Assembly: GCF_006345805.1 (NCBI RefSeq)
Contig: NC_043013.1
Location: 22,878,001-22,942,000 of the forward strand
DNA length: 64,000 nt
DNA from: Octopus sinensis
Taxonomy: Eukaryota
Reading direction: 5' to 3'
Below the pieces are notes generated by a model that worked only from the letters and a program-made list of their open reading frames with translations, searched no databases and had not been told where the DNA came from. Within the stretch, counting starts at the first letter, position 1. Each line of letters opens with the position of its first letter. Made by a program: the position numbers and the translations under genes. This document shows positions 1 to 15,353 of the stretch, piece by piece.

Positions 1-372
1 CTTTATTGAATTACATGGAGGTAGCCTTCAAAATGGGATGTCATAAACTTATCGGTGTTTCATGCCAAGCTCTTGGTATCATCAATCCCTTCTGCGGTTC
101 GTGTTTTGCGAGCCAAGAATCCATGCGCTGTCTTTTCAGTGAGCTTCTCCATTTTCCTTTTCTATTTTCTTCTGATAAATAGATTTTACTAATGCTACTT
201 GGGAATGCCTGTATCAGCTGTTATTTCATATTTTTCCTCAAGTTCATTAGCCACCTTAATTATGTTATTGATTTCATGGGACGCAAACTTGGGCAAAACG
301 TGGTTACCGGTACCTCCCCTCTGCAGCGGGTGGTGTTCCAGTGTTACAATACGTGCATCACATGGCATCAAC
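1..372 (-). mobile_element. Degenerate R4/Dong-clade non-LTR retrotransposon fragment (post-RT region), runs off the window start
   Basis: Minus-strand translation with stops gives ...EKTAHGFLARKTRTAEGIDDTKSLA*NTDKFMTSHFEGYLHVIQ, matching the K..HG...R....D...S..W......EG.I.A.Q block seen intact in the 24215-24952 element; 5' truncation abuts (CATA)n. Confidence 0.7.
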
Positions 373-473
373 GTACATGTATGTATGTTTGTATGTATGT
401 ATGCACGCATGCCTGTATGTTTGCAATGTATGCATATGTACGTCTATGTGTGTGCATGTGCATGTTTGCGCGC

Positions 474-512
<39 letters not shown>

Positions 513-759
513 TGTGTGTCATGATTGGTTAAAATGAAAACTAAATCCCATCTTCGTCTCGCATTATTCCCTGACTCACAAGTCTCAGAATATTTAGGGA
601 TGGTAAAGAAAATTTTATGTACGAGAGTGTGAATTTTTGGAAATCGAATTGATTTTCTTTCTTTCCGAAGCTTTGCAAAATTTATTTTACGTGATAAAAA
701 TAATTATTGTTTTGTTATTTTTAAACTCTTGCAAACTGCTTCACTCACATGTCGTGTAT

Positions 760-798
<39 letters not shown>

Positions 799-1175
799 TG
801 TCTAAATATATATATATATATTCACACACATACATATATATATATGCATGTGTATGTGTGCGTGTGTAACCTCGTTTAAAAAGCAATACAAGTTATCTTT
901 ATGATCAATCATCGTTGTCGTCATGTTAATACAAATTTATCATCATCAGCAGCAGCAGCAACATCATCATCATCATCATTTCTCAATTCGTTTCTTCTTA
1001 TTCTCCCCCTTTCCTTCCTCCTACTCCTCCTCCCTCCCATTCTTCTCCTCTCATACTTTGCTCTTTCCTTCTCTCCTCCTCCTCCTTCTCCTTCTGCCAC
1101 TACACTTCCTCTTTCTTCTTGTAGTTTACTGCCATTGCATGCTCTTATCGTGCCTTGGTCAAGTCTTATGATTTC

Positions 1176-1219
<44 letters not shown>

Positions 1220-1589
1220 GTAAAGATGTCCGCATTCTACTTTATGCAGTCAGGGCCATTTCTCTCACAACATCTATTTTCCTATGTTATTCAGCCATAA
1301 CTCAACTCAGCTGAGCTGTGCCCATACGACTATAACGTAACGTGAGTTGAGGTGTGCTTGCTTTTGTAAAACGAAGAGCTCAATTATAAATATGCTTTCT
1401 TAATCATGAATCTATTATTACGAAAATTATGCATTCTGGTTGAGAGGTTTGCATCGCAACCACGTGATTTTGCGTACGATGCCCAGGCATGCCATATTTG
1501 GAAAGTATAATGTTCTACATAACTGAGAAATAAATTATATGTGGGTGAGAGTAAGTTATATATTTATATGAATGTATGTGTACGTATGC

Positions 1590-1700
1590 AAGCTGATGCC
1601 ATAATTTGGTCTAAACTTTTCATGTACATATATATTTGAACTTCTAGGTACATCATGACCAAGTTGGCATATATTGGGGCAACCTTTGTTACCATGGAGG
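1590..1700 (-). mobile_element. Penelope-like element RT fragment
   Basis: Translation TSMVTKVAPIYANLVMMYLE resembles the PLE RT motif G(T)AMGt.mAP.YANlfM..lE; embedded between microsatellites. Confidence 0.65.
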
Positions 1701-1780
1701 TTAGATATACGGACACACACCCACACACACATATATGTTCATGTATATATCTATCTATATCTATGTCAATGTGTGTGTGT

Positions 1781-1975
1781 GTACACCTGGATGGCATGCC
1801 GATCTGTCGTGAGAATACTTGTTTTTGTCAGCTGAATGCGCTGGAGCAAAGGGAAGTGGAGGTCTTTTGCTCAAAAACACAACTCCACGCCTCTTCGAGG
1901 AATTGAAAACACGATCTTATGCTCATGAGTACGATTATGAGAATTGAGCCCAACCACTAAGTTCGCGCCTCTACA
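1781..1975 (-). mobile_element. Old tRNA-derived SINE (Meta/V-domain-like), degenerate
   Basis: Reverse-complement similarity to 43381-43655 (ctggatggcatgcc..., cagctga.t..ctgg.gcaa, gtcttttgctcaaaaacacaa); tRNA-like head at the high-coordinate end. Confidence 0.55.
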
Positions 1976-3201
1976 CTTACATATATATTTGCGCATGTGT
2001 GTATGTGTGTATATGTGTACGTATGATGGCATGTGTGTGTATGTGCGTGTGTGCACGTGTACATCAGTGAGGTGTAAGATGATTAGAACTGATGTATAGA
2101 ACCAAAATATGTTGCGATATTTTCGCTGTTCATTTGCAACCAGCGTCCGTATAAAACCCAAAGAATTGGGTTCGATACAGATACATAAAGAACTTTTGAA
2201 GGTAATATTCCAGCAGAGCCTAAGTTCAGTGACTGAAACTAGTAAAAGAATTAAAGTAATCAGCTTCCATTTCTGTATATTTAACGAGCTCCTCCATTTC
2301 TTTTACCTTCACATTCCATTAAGACTGATTTGACGATGTCGTGAAGATTTACCTGAAGCTCTAAATCGGCGAATTTACTGTTTTTCACTCTCTTTGATCC
2401 GCAGAACATAAAGATTATCCCAGATTATAGCCATGATCTTTTCATTTCTCGAGATTTAATTTAATGTATGATTTACTTCCTGTATTTATAAACTTCATTT
2501 TGATTACGTACGGCAGTTTGAACCTGTGCCGATTGCTTCTTTTTTGTTTTTTTTTTTTGCTTTTTGTTTTTTTTCTTTTTCGGTGCCTCTTATCTTTTAT
2601 TTTTCATTTAAATTTATTTGTTTCACATCTTATATTTTATATTCTACTTTTAATTTTATTTTCTATTTTATGTTTTATTTTATCCTGTACCTCATTATTT
2701 TTGGTAGCTTCTCAGGGAAAACGCTTTGGTTTTCTGTTGTGATTATTTGTTGCGGCCTTGAAAGCAGAACTTCTCAGTCCATACCTTACTCGATCTTGTC
2801 GAATATTAGCAATAACAGTTATTTCCTTCTATTTATTCTCTGTTCAAATTTGGCATTTGTAAGCTTCCCTTAAGATGAAATCGGTATTTTTTAATCAATA
2901 TGTAGTTTATTGCTATTTATGTAATTAGATATTTTTGTTGTCCTCCGCCATGCCAAAGAATAGACCCAAAATTTCCTCTACGTAACTAAAGGGGGTTGAG
3001 GTTGGATTTTCACACCGATTTCATAAAACCATCGCCAGCAGTGAGTACCTAAAACAGACCCATAGGTTGTCGCCCGAGTGCTGCAAAGATGTCATCCGCC
3101 AAAGACTAGCAGGGAATCACCAACAAATGAAGGCTGAAGCAAAGCACTGTTACAGCACATGACCCCTATACTACTACTACTAATGCTGCTGCTACTACAA
3201 C

Positions 3202-3236
<35 letters not shown>

Positions 3237-3961
3237 CTACTACTACTATATATTCTGATTAAAGAAGTCCTACTTTCACATCGACAATTTACTATCAAGT
3301 GTTGAGAAGTAACTTAATTCTAGTTGTAATTTACATAATTATAATTAATTATTAAAGCAGTTCGGGTATTAATATCTAGCACCTTATTTCGATGTTTTAA
3401 TTAAAATTTAATCAGTGTTAATAATGATAATAATAATTTAGCCCAGGTTAAGTCTGATTGAGAAAAAGCTATATTCGACTAGAGTACTTCATTCCAAACA
3501 AAGTGGAAAATTTAGCTGCCATTTCTAGCAGGTCGAAACGCCGAGTAGAATGTTCCAAGTATTAATCTGTTTTCAAATAAGCTATTGATTCACGTGTCAG
3601 TATTACACACTGTTCTGTTAATTAATTCCTGAGTATTTATAAATTTGTCCTTTGTCTAATTCCACCCCACCCCCACCCCCGTCTCTATTTCTGTTTACAA
3701 TGGGAATTAGTTTGTCCATATTTTTCTCAATTGAGATGCCTCACAATTTCTACACTAAATCCTTACAATTTACGTAACACAGCATCAAACACAGAACCTG
3801 AATTAATCTCTATCAGACTGATTAATTATCACCCTGAAGCACATATCTATATATTGATTAAAACCATCAGTTCCAGATATGAACAGAGAGGAGAGAGGGA
3901 GATCTTCCTTACAATTGTACTCTTCTCATAGACATCAGTTATTTTTACACAGCTGGTCAAA

Positions 3962-4915
<954 letters not shown>

Positions 4916-5077
4916 TTTAGAATATCGTCAAAGAAAGAGAACTTTTTCTGGGGGACTTTGAGATCAATAGTTAAGAACAGTTTCTAAAAAATGATGACCA
5001 CTCATGGCTACAACAGAGAATTGGTTGCTTGAGATAAACTCTTCAGAAGTGACCGTATTGGATTTACAAGCAACTGA

Positions 5078-5338
5078 ACCTGGACTTTGCTCACCATCTT
5101 GTCGAGATCGATAAAATAAAGTACCGGTCAAATACTGGAGACAATATAACTGACTGACCCCCTCCCCACAAAATTGCAGGCCTTATTCCTAAGTTTAAAA
5201 AGAATTCTTAAGAGTGGTGGATTGGCAAAATGTCTTGTGGTATTTGTTCCGGCTCTTTATGTACTGGCTTCAAATCCCGTCAAGATCAACATTTTTTTTC
5301 ATCCTTTCAGAATCGATAAAGTACCACTAAAGTACTGC
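5078..5338 (+). mobile_element. Two degenerate family-1 SINE remnants in tandem
   Basis: Decayed gtcgagatcgataaaataaagtacc and ttcatcctttcagaatcgataaagtacc central motifs. Confidence 0.6.
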
Positions 5339-7100
5339 TGTCCTCTTCCTCAAACTGCAACACCCCGTGTCCTCTCTGCCCCACTCAGCGCTGCTCTGTC
5401 ATCATACGTTATGTACGATGTTTTATTTTAGTTTTATTCTTCCTCTTGCACTGGACACTGTCTAATGGCGTTGTTTTCTGTAGATTATTCAGAATTTTAA
5501 GTGCTGCGATTTTGGTTTAGTATTTGCCAACAGGCTTTTTAACTATTCCCTACACACTTAAGTTTTAAAGAGATTGTTTCTGTTTTCAATCCCCATTTCT
5601 TGGTTTTATTTACAGATTTTTTTATTTGAATAGTTTCTGAATTTTTTCAACAATGTTATTGACTGTTAGGATTCGATTAACTTGCACAACCGCTCCTGAT
5701 AGTTCTTAAGACCAATATCTGGGAGATTAGCCTTCCCTTCTCCACCTACGTGTATTGATACATCACAGCGTATAAAACATTCTTCTGGTGCGTGTCGCAT
5801 GATCTCTTTTCTGACATTTCTTATCTCTAGCTTCACTTCCAGTGTTTCCATGCCCCGGCTCTTTCTTTCCTCTATAAGTATTCACTCAATCTTAAGACAA
5901 AGTAGTTCACTATTCCTTCCATCTTCTATCAGTTCCACTTTTACTCCTGTGCTTCCCACCTCCTCACTTAGCGAATTTATTGTGTCTATTGTTTTCATAT
6001 ATTTTGACTAAGAGAAAGCGATAACATTTTAAAATACAGAAAAAAACATTTAGTTCAATTGATTGGAATTTCTTTTGCTTGCTTCGCTTCTCTTTCTAGC
6101 TGAAGTTTTTGTTGTGGATAGGGTGACATTTGCATAGTTCGACTGACCCGTAAGACATTTGCTGAGCAGACAAAATGTTTAAGTCTGACAGAGTTCGACG
6201 AGTCATATCTATTTACTTGGAACTGATTTAGAAAGTAAGAAGAGACAAAATATTTTGTTGAAAGAAACACTACTGACCTCGATAATGGCGTATTAACAAA
6301 CGAAAACAAAACAGAAACGTCTGTCAAACGTTGCACGCAAAATGTAGAAAAACTTGAACCGTTTACAAAAAGTACGATTGTAAAAATATGAAATCTCAAC
6401 TTGAGGGAAGTCAGATTACAAAAGACGAAAGCACAAAACATTTGCATAAAATTTAATCTGTAACGAGCAAAAGAAAATGTTTGAAGATGCTTGTAACAAA
6501 AAGAAAAATTCCAACCAAAGAATAATCTGCTTGTATATGAGGTTCGAAGACCGTATTAAGAAAACAAAACAATTGACCGAGTTGAAGATAAAGCGATGGC
6601 GATTCACATTAAGCTGTTTAATCTGTTTTGTTCTAGATTTCAAATGGAAGTTAACCAAAAGCAAATAGAAAAAAAAAAGAGAGAAATGTTCGTCTGCACC
6701 AACCTTTTAAGCGCCGAGTGTAGAGACGATGGAGAAAACCTCACAATAAACACATCTCGAGATTTTTTCTCCCTTAGAGAAATGAGAGCTCAAATAATTC
6801 AACATTAAATAAATACATTAAAAGAAATAATCTGTTCAAAATGCTACAGGAAGGGATAAAGAGTTAGAGTTTTTATTAGGAACACTTTTAATTTTGTTTA
6901 TTTGAAGTCACTGGAAAGTTTGTAGTTTTATTTCTGGGTTGTACAAAATTTGTTGTTTTGTTGGTTTTGGCCGTATTTATGAAGAAATCTACAATTAAAT
7001 AACTGGCCAAGAAACGATAATGATATATAAATGATAATACGGAAACGATAATAGCAATAAAAAACAACAACAGCAGCACTACAACTACTACTACTACTAC

Positions 7101-7163
<63 letters not shown>

Positions 7164-7306
7164 TAATAATAATAACAACAACAATAATAATAATGACTAT
7201 AATAATTTGTATTTACTGCAGTGGCAAAATTCCAGAAAACTATGCAATTCAATGTAATATATGTGTGCGTATGAATGTGTATATCTATATATATATGTAT
7301 GAATAT

Positions 7307-7338
<32 letters not shown>

Positions 7339-7358
7339 ATGTATGTATGTGTGAATAA

Positions 7359-7403
<45 letters not shown>

Positions 7404-7537
7404 ATATGTATGTATGTGTGAATAAGTATATATATATATATATAATATATATATATATAGATATATATATATATGTATGTGTGAATAAGTATATATATAT
7501 ATATATATACTTTATTTAAAGCAGCAGAAAATTCAAC

Positions 7538-7584
7538 AAAACCTGTTACTCTGAGTTTCACGTTCCGTTCGTCGGACAGTTTTT
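7538..7584 (-). ncRNA. Minimal type I hammerhead ribozyme in a ~105 bp island (7510-7616) inside (TA)n
   Basis: Minus strand: aaaaacugu CCGACGA acg-gaa-cgu GAAA cucagag UA acagguuuu; stem I, stem II, palindromic stem III and GUA site present; U4C core change. Confidence 0.7.
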
Positions 7585-7614
7585 GCTGGAATAGAACCGA
7601 TATGTTTACTCCGG

Positions 7615-7665
<51 letters not shown>

Positions 7666-10039
7666 ATATACGTACATATATATTTATAACTATTGTCAAT
7701 GAACGTGTTTGTGTATAAATCTCTTTTCATTGCTCACTCTTTAAATATTTATGTCCGAATGTAAGGTAGTGAGTTTCAAACCCAACTAAATCAGGTTGCT
7801 CATATGTAATGGAGACTGCAAGACAGTTAGGCTGATTTGAAACCATCCATGTTTCGTTCATTTACAATCGAAAAACTATGCATTAATTCTTTCTTGCGAA
7901 GGAACAGTGAAACATTTCTTAGTTTAGTTAGAGTTATGTATTTAGATTTTTCTATTCCCTCCATCAGTATTCATTTCATTAATATCATTCTGTTCAGGTC
8001 TCCATGTGTAATAACCCTTTCACTAAGGACTAACATTTATATTATTCACAAGTTGACTAATAAACTACGGAACCAAATCGGAGACATATAAACTACCAGA
8101 GATATATCCAATATTTCATATCATTCGTAAGACAATTAACAAATATATAACTATTGCAAATTAGGTATCACACACACATGCACACACACACACACACACA
8201 AATTTTATGTCTTCACTAGTTCCAATGTCTGGCCTAATATCTTTGCAATCCGTCGATTACTAAGCATGGTGGATGGCGTTTGAGAAAGACACGAACAGCT
8301 CTGCTGCAACACCAAAAACTGGCAAGTTAAGATTAAGGTGTTCGAAGGTCAGGTACTTTTTTCCAAAAACTTTTTCTTCAACTTCGACCCGATTGCAATT
8401 GAGGTTGCTAATAAAACATTTCGATAAATTTTTAGTGTCTAACAATCAATATTCTTTTCGCTGATAGATTCCAAGTTAATCTTTTCTCCTCACTAATGTT
8501 TAATTTTAAAATTCTCAATTTTCAAAAAATGATATCAAAAATGATATCTAAGATGGGGTAAAATGAGTAATGGCTAATTTCAATAATTATTTCCATGTAA
8601 CTGCATGGTGCGTAAATATATCGGGAAGAGGGCCACACCAGCTCATCATCAAGAAGCTATAGAAAATATTCTATGTTTTGCTTTTAGATTTAGTTTCGTT
8701 AATTCCATGCCATCTGCCATTTTCCCTGATGCTCTTTTGTGGCATTTCTGAGATATTTCAAAATTTTTGTATTCCTGAAATATTAAAAATTTTTGTTTCA
8801 TTCCAGAGATATTTTAATTTTTGTTGCATTTCTGATCTTTCTGATGTCTAAGAATGGACAATGATGTGAATGCTTCCAAATGCAATTCTCGAGAATTGAA
8901 GAGGCAAATTCACCTTATCCTTTCTTACTCGTTTTGCCCCCAACAGAATTCTAATAATTTTCTGAAATAGTGTTCTGAATATGTTATAGTGTTCTTAATG
9001 CACTTGGAGAAAGTCGTTTGCTTAGCGATTTTGTTAAGGTTGTAAAAAATATAAGGTTGCAAAACATTTGTATAAAATACATTTTGTCTCAAAGTCAAAA
9101 ATGCAGAATAAACTCTTCATAGTACACCCCCCACCCCACCCGCCATGTATACATAGATATATGCTTATGTCGGTGAATGATCGCACAAACGTCATTAAAC
9201 GTTGTAGCAGCCATGTTGAAATGCTTAATATAGTTTACTCTTGAAATTTTGGATAGTAATTTTATGGTATATACACACATGCATATGCAGAAAGGAAGAT
9301 GAAGAGAGAATATGAATGTATGAATATAAATAGATATAAATATTTGTAATATATATATCGGTGTTTGTGTATATGTTTATATGTTTTTTTACATGTATAT
9401 GCGTATGTTTTACACCGAAAATCCGATGCAGAGTTTGTAAAACATAAAAACGCTATAAAATCTAATGGTAACGTTGTTTTATTTTTATTTTAATTTTCAA
9501 TAGAAATAATGGTTAGAAATAATGGATAGAGCTGCACAGTTAATGTCTGAGAGTAACTTCACTTTTTATTATTTTGGAATCGAAACAATAGAGTACCAGG
9601 GCCGGATTCTCTCTTCCTTACTCCTTCTCTCATTTTCTACAAGAATTTGGTCGTGATCGGATCTATAGCTAAATGGGATTTGCTAGATTTAGACGTCCAA
9701 AAATACACTGTCCGTCACGACTGGCATCCAGAAAACTGCACCAGGGGTAGCTCACGGCTTTATACTTTTGTGCAACCTATAGCTTTAAAGACAAGGTTCC
9801 CCGTACTACGTGTTTAATACCCAAACGCATATGAATATTAGTTAGGCATGGAGTATCAAAACCAGTGGGGAAGCAGAAAAAACATCTTACGTTTTAGTTA
9901 GGCCTTTTTATGGTCTGAATTCAATGTTTTATCAACGGTAAGTTTGTTTCGCTTACTTTTGTGGTCGTTAAATAAATAAGTACCAAGCATTCTTCACAAT
10001 GTTTGTGGTTCTGACCAGAGTCAGAAATCAGTTCTCCAG

Positions 10040-10366
10040 TACAGTAAAGAACGGTAAATAGTGCACATAGGTTGAGAGTCAGACAAAATTCTACCTATAT
10101 GTTTACGTTCTGAGTTCAAATCCCACAAAGATTTACATTACTTCTAACACCCTTGAATGACCGTGTTTGTCTCTTACAACCGCTTTTCAACCGGTGCTGG
10201 TAAGTTTATATTCCCGTAACTTAGCGTTCCGGCCAAACTGACCGTTAGAATATGTATCAGGCTTTAAAAAACACTAAACTCTGAGTTCGATTCATTCAGC
10301 TAAACATTCTTCAAGGCGTTGCTCTAGCATGGCCGCAGTCTAATGACTGAAACAAATAAAAGAGAA
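10040..10366 (+). mobile_element. Degenerate SINE with LINE-derived 3' tail (family 2)
   Basis: cccgtaacttagcgttccggc...gaccgttagaata... and tail aggcgttgctctagcatggccgcagtctaatgactgaaacaaataaaag; same family as 54095-54892. Confidence 0.7.
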
Positions 10367-11170
10367 ACGATACCCACATGTGACTGGTTCAATACGTTCT
10401 AATGTTTAATCTCACCCCAGATGGCGCCACTTGGACTTCCAAAGTCTACACGGTTATTTCTCTCGTGGACAGCCAAAATTCTAGCCAAATTTTGTTGACG
10501 ACCACCTTCCAAATATATTCTATAGAAATGCCACTTGAATGGCACCTCGTAAAAATTCTGAGAAATTACGTCTGGTCTTAGAGAAAAGCACAATCTATTA
10601 TTTTCCAACCATTAGTGAAAACATGAATATAAATATTATAAATATGGGAAAAGGAGAAGATCAATAGTTTGAAATACTTAATAGCTGGCGAATGTGAATG
10701 GAGTTCCTAATTTCACACGCGCCCAAGCACAAATCAGGATTATTGACTTTGCGTTGAGAGCATATATACATTTATACGCACGAACACACACACAGACACA
10801 CATAAATATGGACATATATGCATTCAGAAAAGAAAGACAGAGAAAAAGAGCAAGAAGACGAGAGTGAAAGGTAGAGATAGACTGAGAACGAGGTGGAGAG
10901 TGAGAATGAGAAGAGGAGAGGCACAAAGAGAATGAGAAGAGGAGAGGCACAAAGAGAGAGAGAGAGAGGAAGAGAGAGATTTGATATATTGTGGCCCTGC
11001 ATAACGGTCTAGATTGGGTGACTTATGAATATTGTATGAAAATTGCTTTTGTGATAATATTGGTATCAATCTATTGACAAAATTTACACACAGGCATATA
11101 GACACAAAGAGACATCCAGGCACACCCATATACACCCCTGAACATATATACACATATACAGAAACGGATA

Positions 11171-11250
<80 letters not shown>

Positions 11251-11555
11251 ATATATATATAAATATATATATATAAGATATAAAATACACACACAACACG
11301 GATCCACACACATACACACATATATAGGTTATCAATATAGTGTACCAGCAATCACAGATATATTTGTACAGGCGTGTGTGTATGCATGTATACGAGTATA
11401 TACAAGTCATAGACACAACACATACACATACATATTCACACGCACACACACATACACACATATATGTCTACACACGTAGGCATATGTGTATAATGTATAT
11501 CGTTTTCACAAGTGCATTACCACACATTCGTATATGTGTTTGTGAGTATATTTAC

Positions 11556-11600
<45 letters not shown>

Positions 11601-11622
11601 TGTGTGTGTGTTTGTTGTGTGT

Positions 11623-11661
<39 letters not shown>

Positions 11662-11732
11662 CGTGTGTGTGTGTAAGCCTGTTGTTTATACACCTGTCTT
11701 CGTTTTTCTGTAAATTTCAACTATATATATAT

Positions 11733-11903
11733 CCTCTGTCTTCCCTTCTCTGGATCTTTCCTTCTCCTATGTTTCCGACGAAGAGCTCCGCACGAAACGT
11801 CAAACCCTCCTTCTTCCCCTCTTCCCTGAGCGTCCAATAATACTATATTTGTTCCACGTCCTCGCGTTGTTGTGTTTTTTTGTGTTTTCTTGTTTGGATT
11901 AAC
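11733..11903 (+). mobile_element. Penelope pLTR/retrozyme-like fragment flanked by (TA)n
   Basis: Closely similar reverse-complement copy at 17984-18194; contains an HHR motif. Confidence 0.75.
11771..11805 (+). ncRNA. Minimal type I hammerhead ribozyme
   Basis: guuu CCGACGA agagc-ucc-gcac GAAA cg UC aaac; GUC site; one stem II mismatch relative to the 18088 copy. Confidence 0.7.
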
Positions 11904-11912
11904 TATATATAT

Positions 11913-11996
11913 AGGTGATTGCTGGTACCAGGTGGTGCTATTAAGTTGGACATGGCCTGGGCCAATAATGGCCGAAACCTATCAACGTATCAAAGT
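11913..11996 (+). mobile_element. Orphan 3' tail of a CR1/L2-group LINE
   Basis: caggtggtgct...gacatggcctgggccaataatggccgaaac matches the tail at 17197-17250. Confidence 0.6.
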
Positions 11997-12102
11997 ATAT
12001 ATATTATATATATATATGTATGTATGTATGTTGTTGTATGTATGTAGTATGTATGTATGTATGTATGTATGTATTATAATGTATGATATGTATGTATGTA
12101 TA

Positions 12103-12146
<44 letters not shown>

Positions 12147-12774
12147 TATATATATGTATGTATGCATGTATGTACGTTTTGCGTATATATACATAAATAT
12201 ATACATAAATACGCGTATAGGTACGTACTTACATGCATACACCCATACAGTCCAGCGCCCAGGTATGAATGTTCAAATTACGAACTTTCAGAGTGAAGTA
12301 AAACCTGTTTGCAAATCCGCATTTTGAAAGCCTCGCCTCCTGATCAGAAGTCCAAGCGCCGCACAACCGATGGCGTTAACTATACCACTCAACCTTGTAA
12401 ATTATGAGATTGTTGGGTCTGTGTGACAACATGGTATCCCTCTTCGCTATTTGTAGCTGTTACAAATATTCAGTCACATGTAAAAAAAAAAAGTCTTTGA
12501 AGCGTAAGAGAGGAAATCTTGTTGATGATAATAGCAAGAAGTGTCACCTAGCTACGTTGGAAATCAAAGTGTTGTCATTATAAAACGAAATGAAGGACGT
12601 ATTAAAATGATAAACGTAGCTTGCACACGAGAGAGAAGAAGCGTTCTGCAGTACGAATGTAACATTTGAAAGATTCTATACCCACGCATTCCACGGAAAT
12701 TAGTCCAAAACTAAGCTCGATTCCTTATACTATTTATATGAAAGTCTATAATGGAAAGTGTTCCAGACATTGAC

Positions 12775-12983
12775 TTCAAATCTTTGGGCAAGACCAGAAA
12801 TTCCTGTGCGGGGGCAGGTCAATAACATTGATCCCAGCATGCAACTGGTTCTTATTTAAGCGTCCCTGAAAGGATGAAAGGCAAAGTCAACCTCGCCGGA
12901 ATTTGAACTCAGAACATAAAGATAAGGGAAATGCCGTTAAACATTTGAGCCGGTGTGCTAACGATTCAGCCAAGTCGCTGCCT
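12775..12983 (-). mobile_element. Family-1 SINE, diverged
   Basis: gaaaggatgaaaggcaaagtcaacctcgccggaatttgaactcagaac...gtgctaacgattcagcc. Confidence 0.85.
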
Positions 12984-13356
12984 AAAGGCGTTGCAGATAT
13001 GGCAATCTCTTCGAGGTGAAGCGGAGAGGAGGGAAGGGAGTCACAAGGGAAAGCAGGAAGACATTACTTAACTCAGTGTTCTCTCAAACACGATTTGGTT
13101 CCGAATTCCAGCCGGTAGAGCAGCCAAGCAAACCCTCGGTCGGGTGGGGTGGAGATAGGGTGGGGAGTCGTTCGGAATGGAGTGGAAACAGTATTGCGCA
13201 GATGATGTTTCGTACTGATGCTGCAGTTAATGCTTTACTTTTGTTATTCTTCAAACCGAAGGCAACCTTAACTGTCAAACCAATGATAAAAGGCGTTCCA
13301 GCCGTGAGCGTTCAGCTATTTATGCATGGAGCATCAATGACAACATTATCCAGCAT

Positions 13357-13499
<143 letters not shown>

Positions 13500-14084
13500 G
13501 AGGAGATTTGGTATGATGGAAATGTGGGGGAATTCAAACCACGTTTCGTGGTTTGCTACCTCAACAGCTCCTTTTATAGGATCCAGTAGCTAAAGACATC
13601 ATCAAGAGGAAATACGTCCAGCTTTCGGCCCCAACTCCTTTACCGTTTTCGACGTGGTGGGGCCCCCACTTTCGGAGCTTTCTTCAGCTCTGGTGTTGAG
13701 TGCATTTCCTCTTTCTCCATTTTTCTTTTGTTCCCTGGCCCCTTCGATCCAGCGTCAACGAATGTCAGTGGGCGACTGACCATCCGGCCAAATTTCCCTT
13801 TAAATACTCGCTGGTAGGCTCCAGCAGCCAGCACCAGCCAGTTGTCACGTGACACTGTCTAAACTTCAACTGACCAATGGAGGGAAGGGGCGCGTAATCT
13901 TAGCCGGCGCCCTCTCTAACCTTTCCTTCGTGTCGTGTTAGTTTCAGTTCCAGCAGCCAGAGCTGTTTGGTGGTCTAAGCCTTCAAACCAGGCGGAATGG
14001 GCGCCATGAACAGACCGCTACCTGTCAATCAGCGATGCTGCTTAAGTACAGCCAGTCTCACCTAGCGATGTTATTTCCCTGGTG

Positions 14085-14612
14085 GCATGTTATGGCTTTC
14101 AAGCCATCTTTGGTCTTCTCCTTCCCATATATAGAAGCTGGCCTTTTCGACTGCCTCCTGTATTCTCCTTATTATTTTTCTCAGCTCTGAGTTTGAAAAT
14201 GCAAACCTTCTTTTGAATAACGTTGTCATCTTCCTTTCATGAAGCCCCTAGCCCCCACTGCCAGGTGGTAATACTCGACAGTCCATCCCTGTTCTCTACA
14301 CTCTTCGATTAATTTTCGTACCTCTTCTCCTTCCGTTCCTCTGCTTTAGCGATGGTCTCTTCCCATGGTACTGTCAGCTCTAGCGAAATTCCAATTCTTC
14401 GTTCTGTGTTCCATAGGACTGAGTCCGGTCTTTTTCTCGTTTTTATGAGTGGAAATATTAACAGTCGTTCCAAATCCGTGGCCAGCTCCCAGTATCCCTT
14501 CCATCTTTTGTCTGTCTCGTATATTTTATTTGAAGGCCTGGACTTATGTCCTTTTCCCTCCTTCTGGAAGTATGTTTTTTCTGCACTTTTCCACTTTGGG
14601 GCACCCTCTCCT
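14085..14612 (-). mobile_element. HERO-clade non-LTR retrotransposon restriction-like endonuclease domain, frameshifted and 5'-truncated
   Basis: Minus translation WELATDLERLLIFPLIKTRKRPDSVLWNTERRIGISLELTVPWEETIAKAEERKEKRYE/LIEECREQGW..YHLAVGARGF...EKASFYIW has the RPD, ELTVPWE and VG.RGF motifs of HERO elements. Confidence 0.8.
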
Positions 14613-14717
14613 ATTATATAACTAAAATTATATGATTTTAGTTACGAAGATGGTCGTGGTAGTTGCGGAGATGGTACTTTTGTTGTTGTTGTCGTCGTCG
14701 TTGTCGTCGTTGCTGCT

Positions 14718-14771
<54 letters not shown>

Positions 14772-15075
14772 GGTGGTGGTTGTGATGATGATGATGATGG
14801 TTGTGGTTGTGGTGTGGTGGTGGTGGTGGTGGTGGTGGTGGTGGGAGTGGGTGGTGGTGGTGGTGGTGGTGGTGGTGGTGGTGGTGGTGCTGTTGCTGGT
14901 AGTTGTGATAATCTCAGTGTTGTTCTAATCATGCTCAGCCACCCATGAGTCTTCGTCTCCATACTGCGACCCACCCCATTCGTTGTCTACCCACCCCTGC
15001 AACACTAATTGGAATTCTGTCTGTGTTGGCTGCCACATGCAGTCAGGCATACGCACACATACAAGCACATACACT

Positions 15076-15124
<49 letters not shown>

Positions 15125-15322
15125 CACCACACATGCACACACGAACACGCACGCACGCACACACATGCTGACACGCTCTTAAGCACAAATGCATGCTAAC
15201 ACAGACCAACTAATGACAGTTTCCTCAATAGATTTGTAACAAACTCCAAACAGACACACACACACACACATTGACACACATCGACACACATATACATAAG
15301 GGAAATTCATTCATTGCTGTTG

Positions 15323-15352
<30 letters not shown>

Positions 15353-15353
<1 letters not shown>

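Noticed and set aside
11945-11986. Hairpin plus GAAAC motif as a hammerhead (also 17215-17257)
   Set aside because: No CUGANGA-like box; better explained as the LINE/SINE 3' tail stem-loop
13570-13640. Minus-strand ttgatga...gaaacg as a hammerhead downstream of the HERO fragment
   Set aside because: Could not form stems I and II around the core
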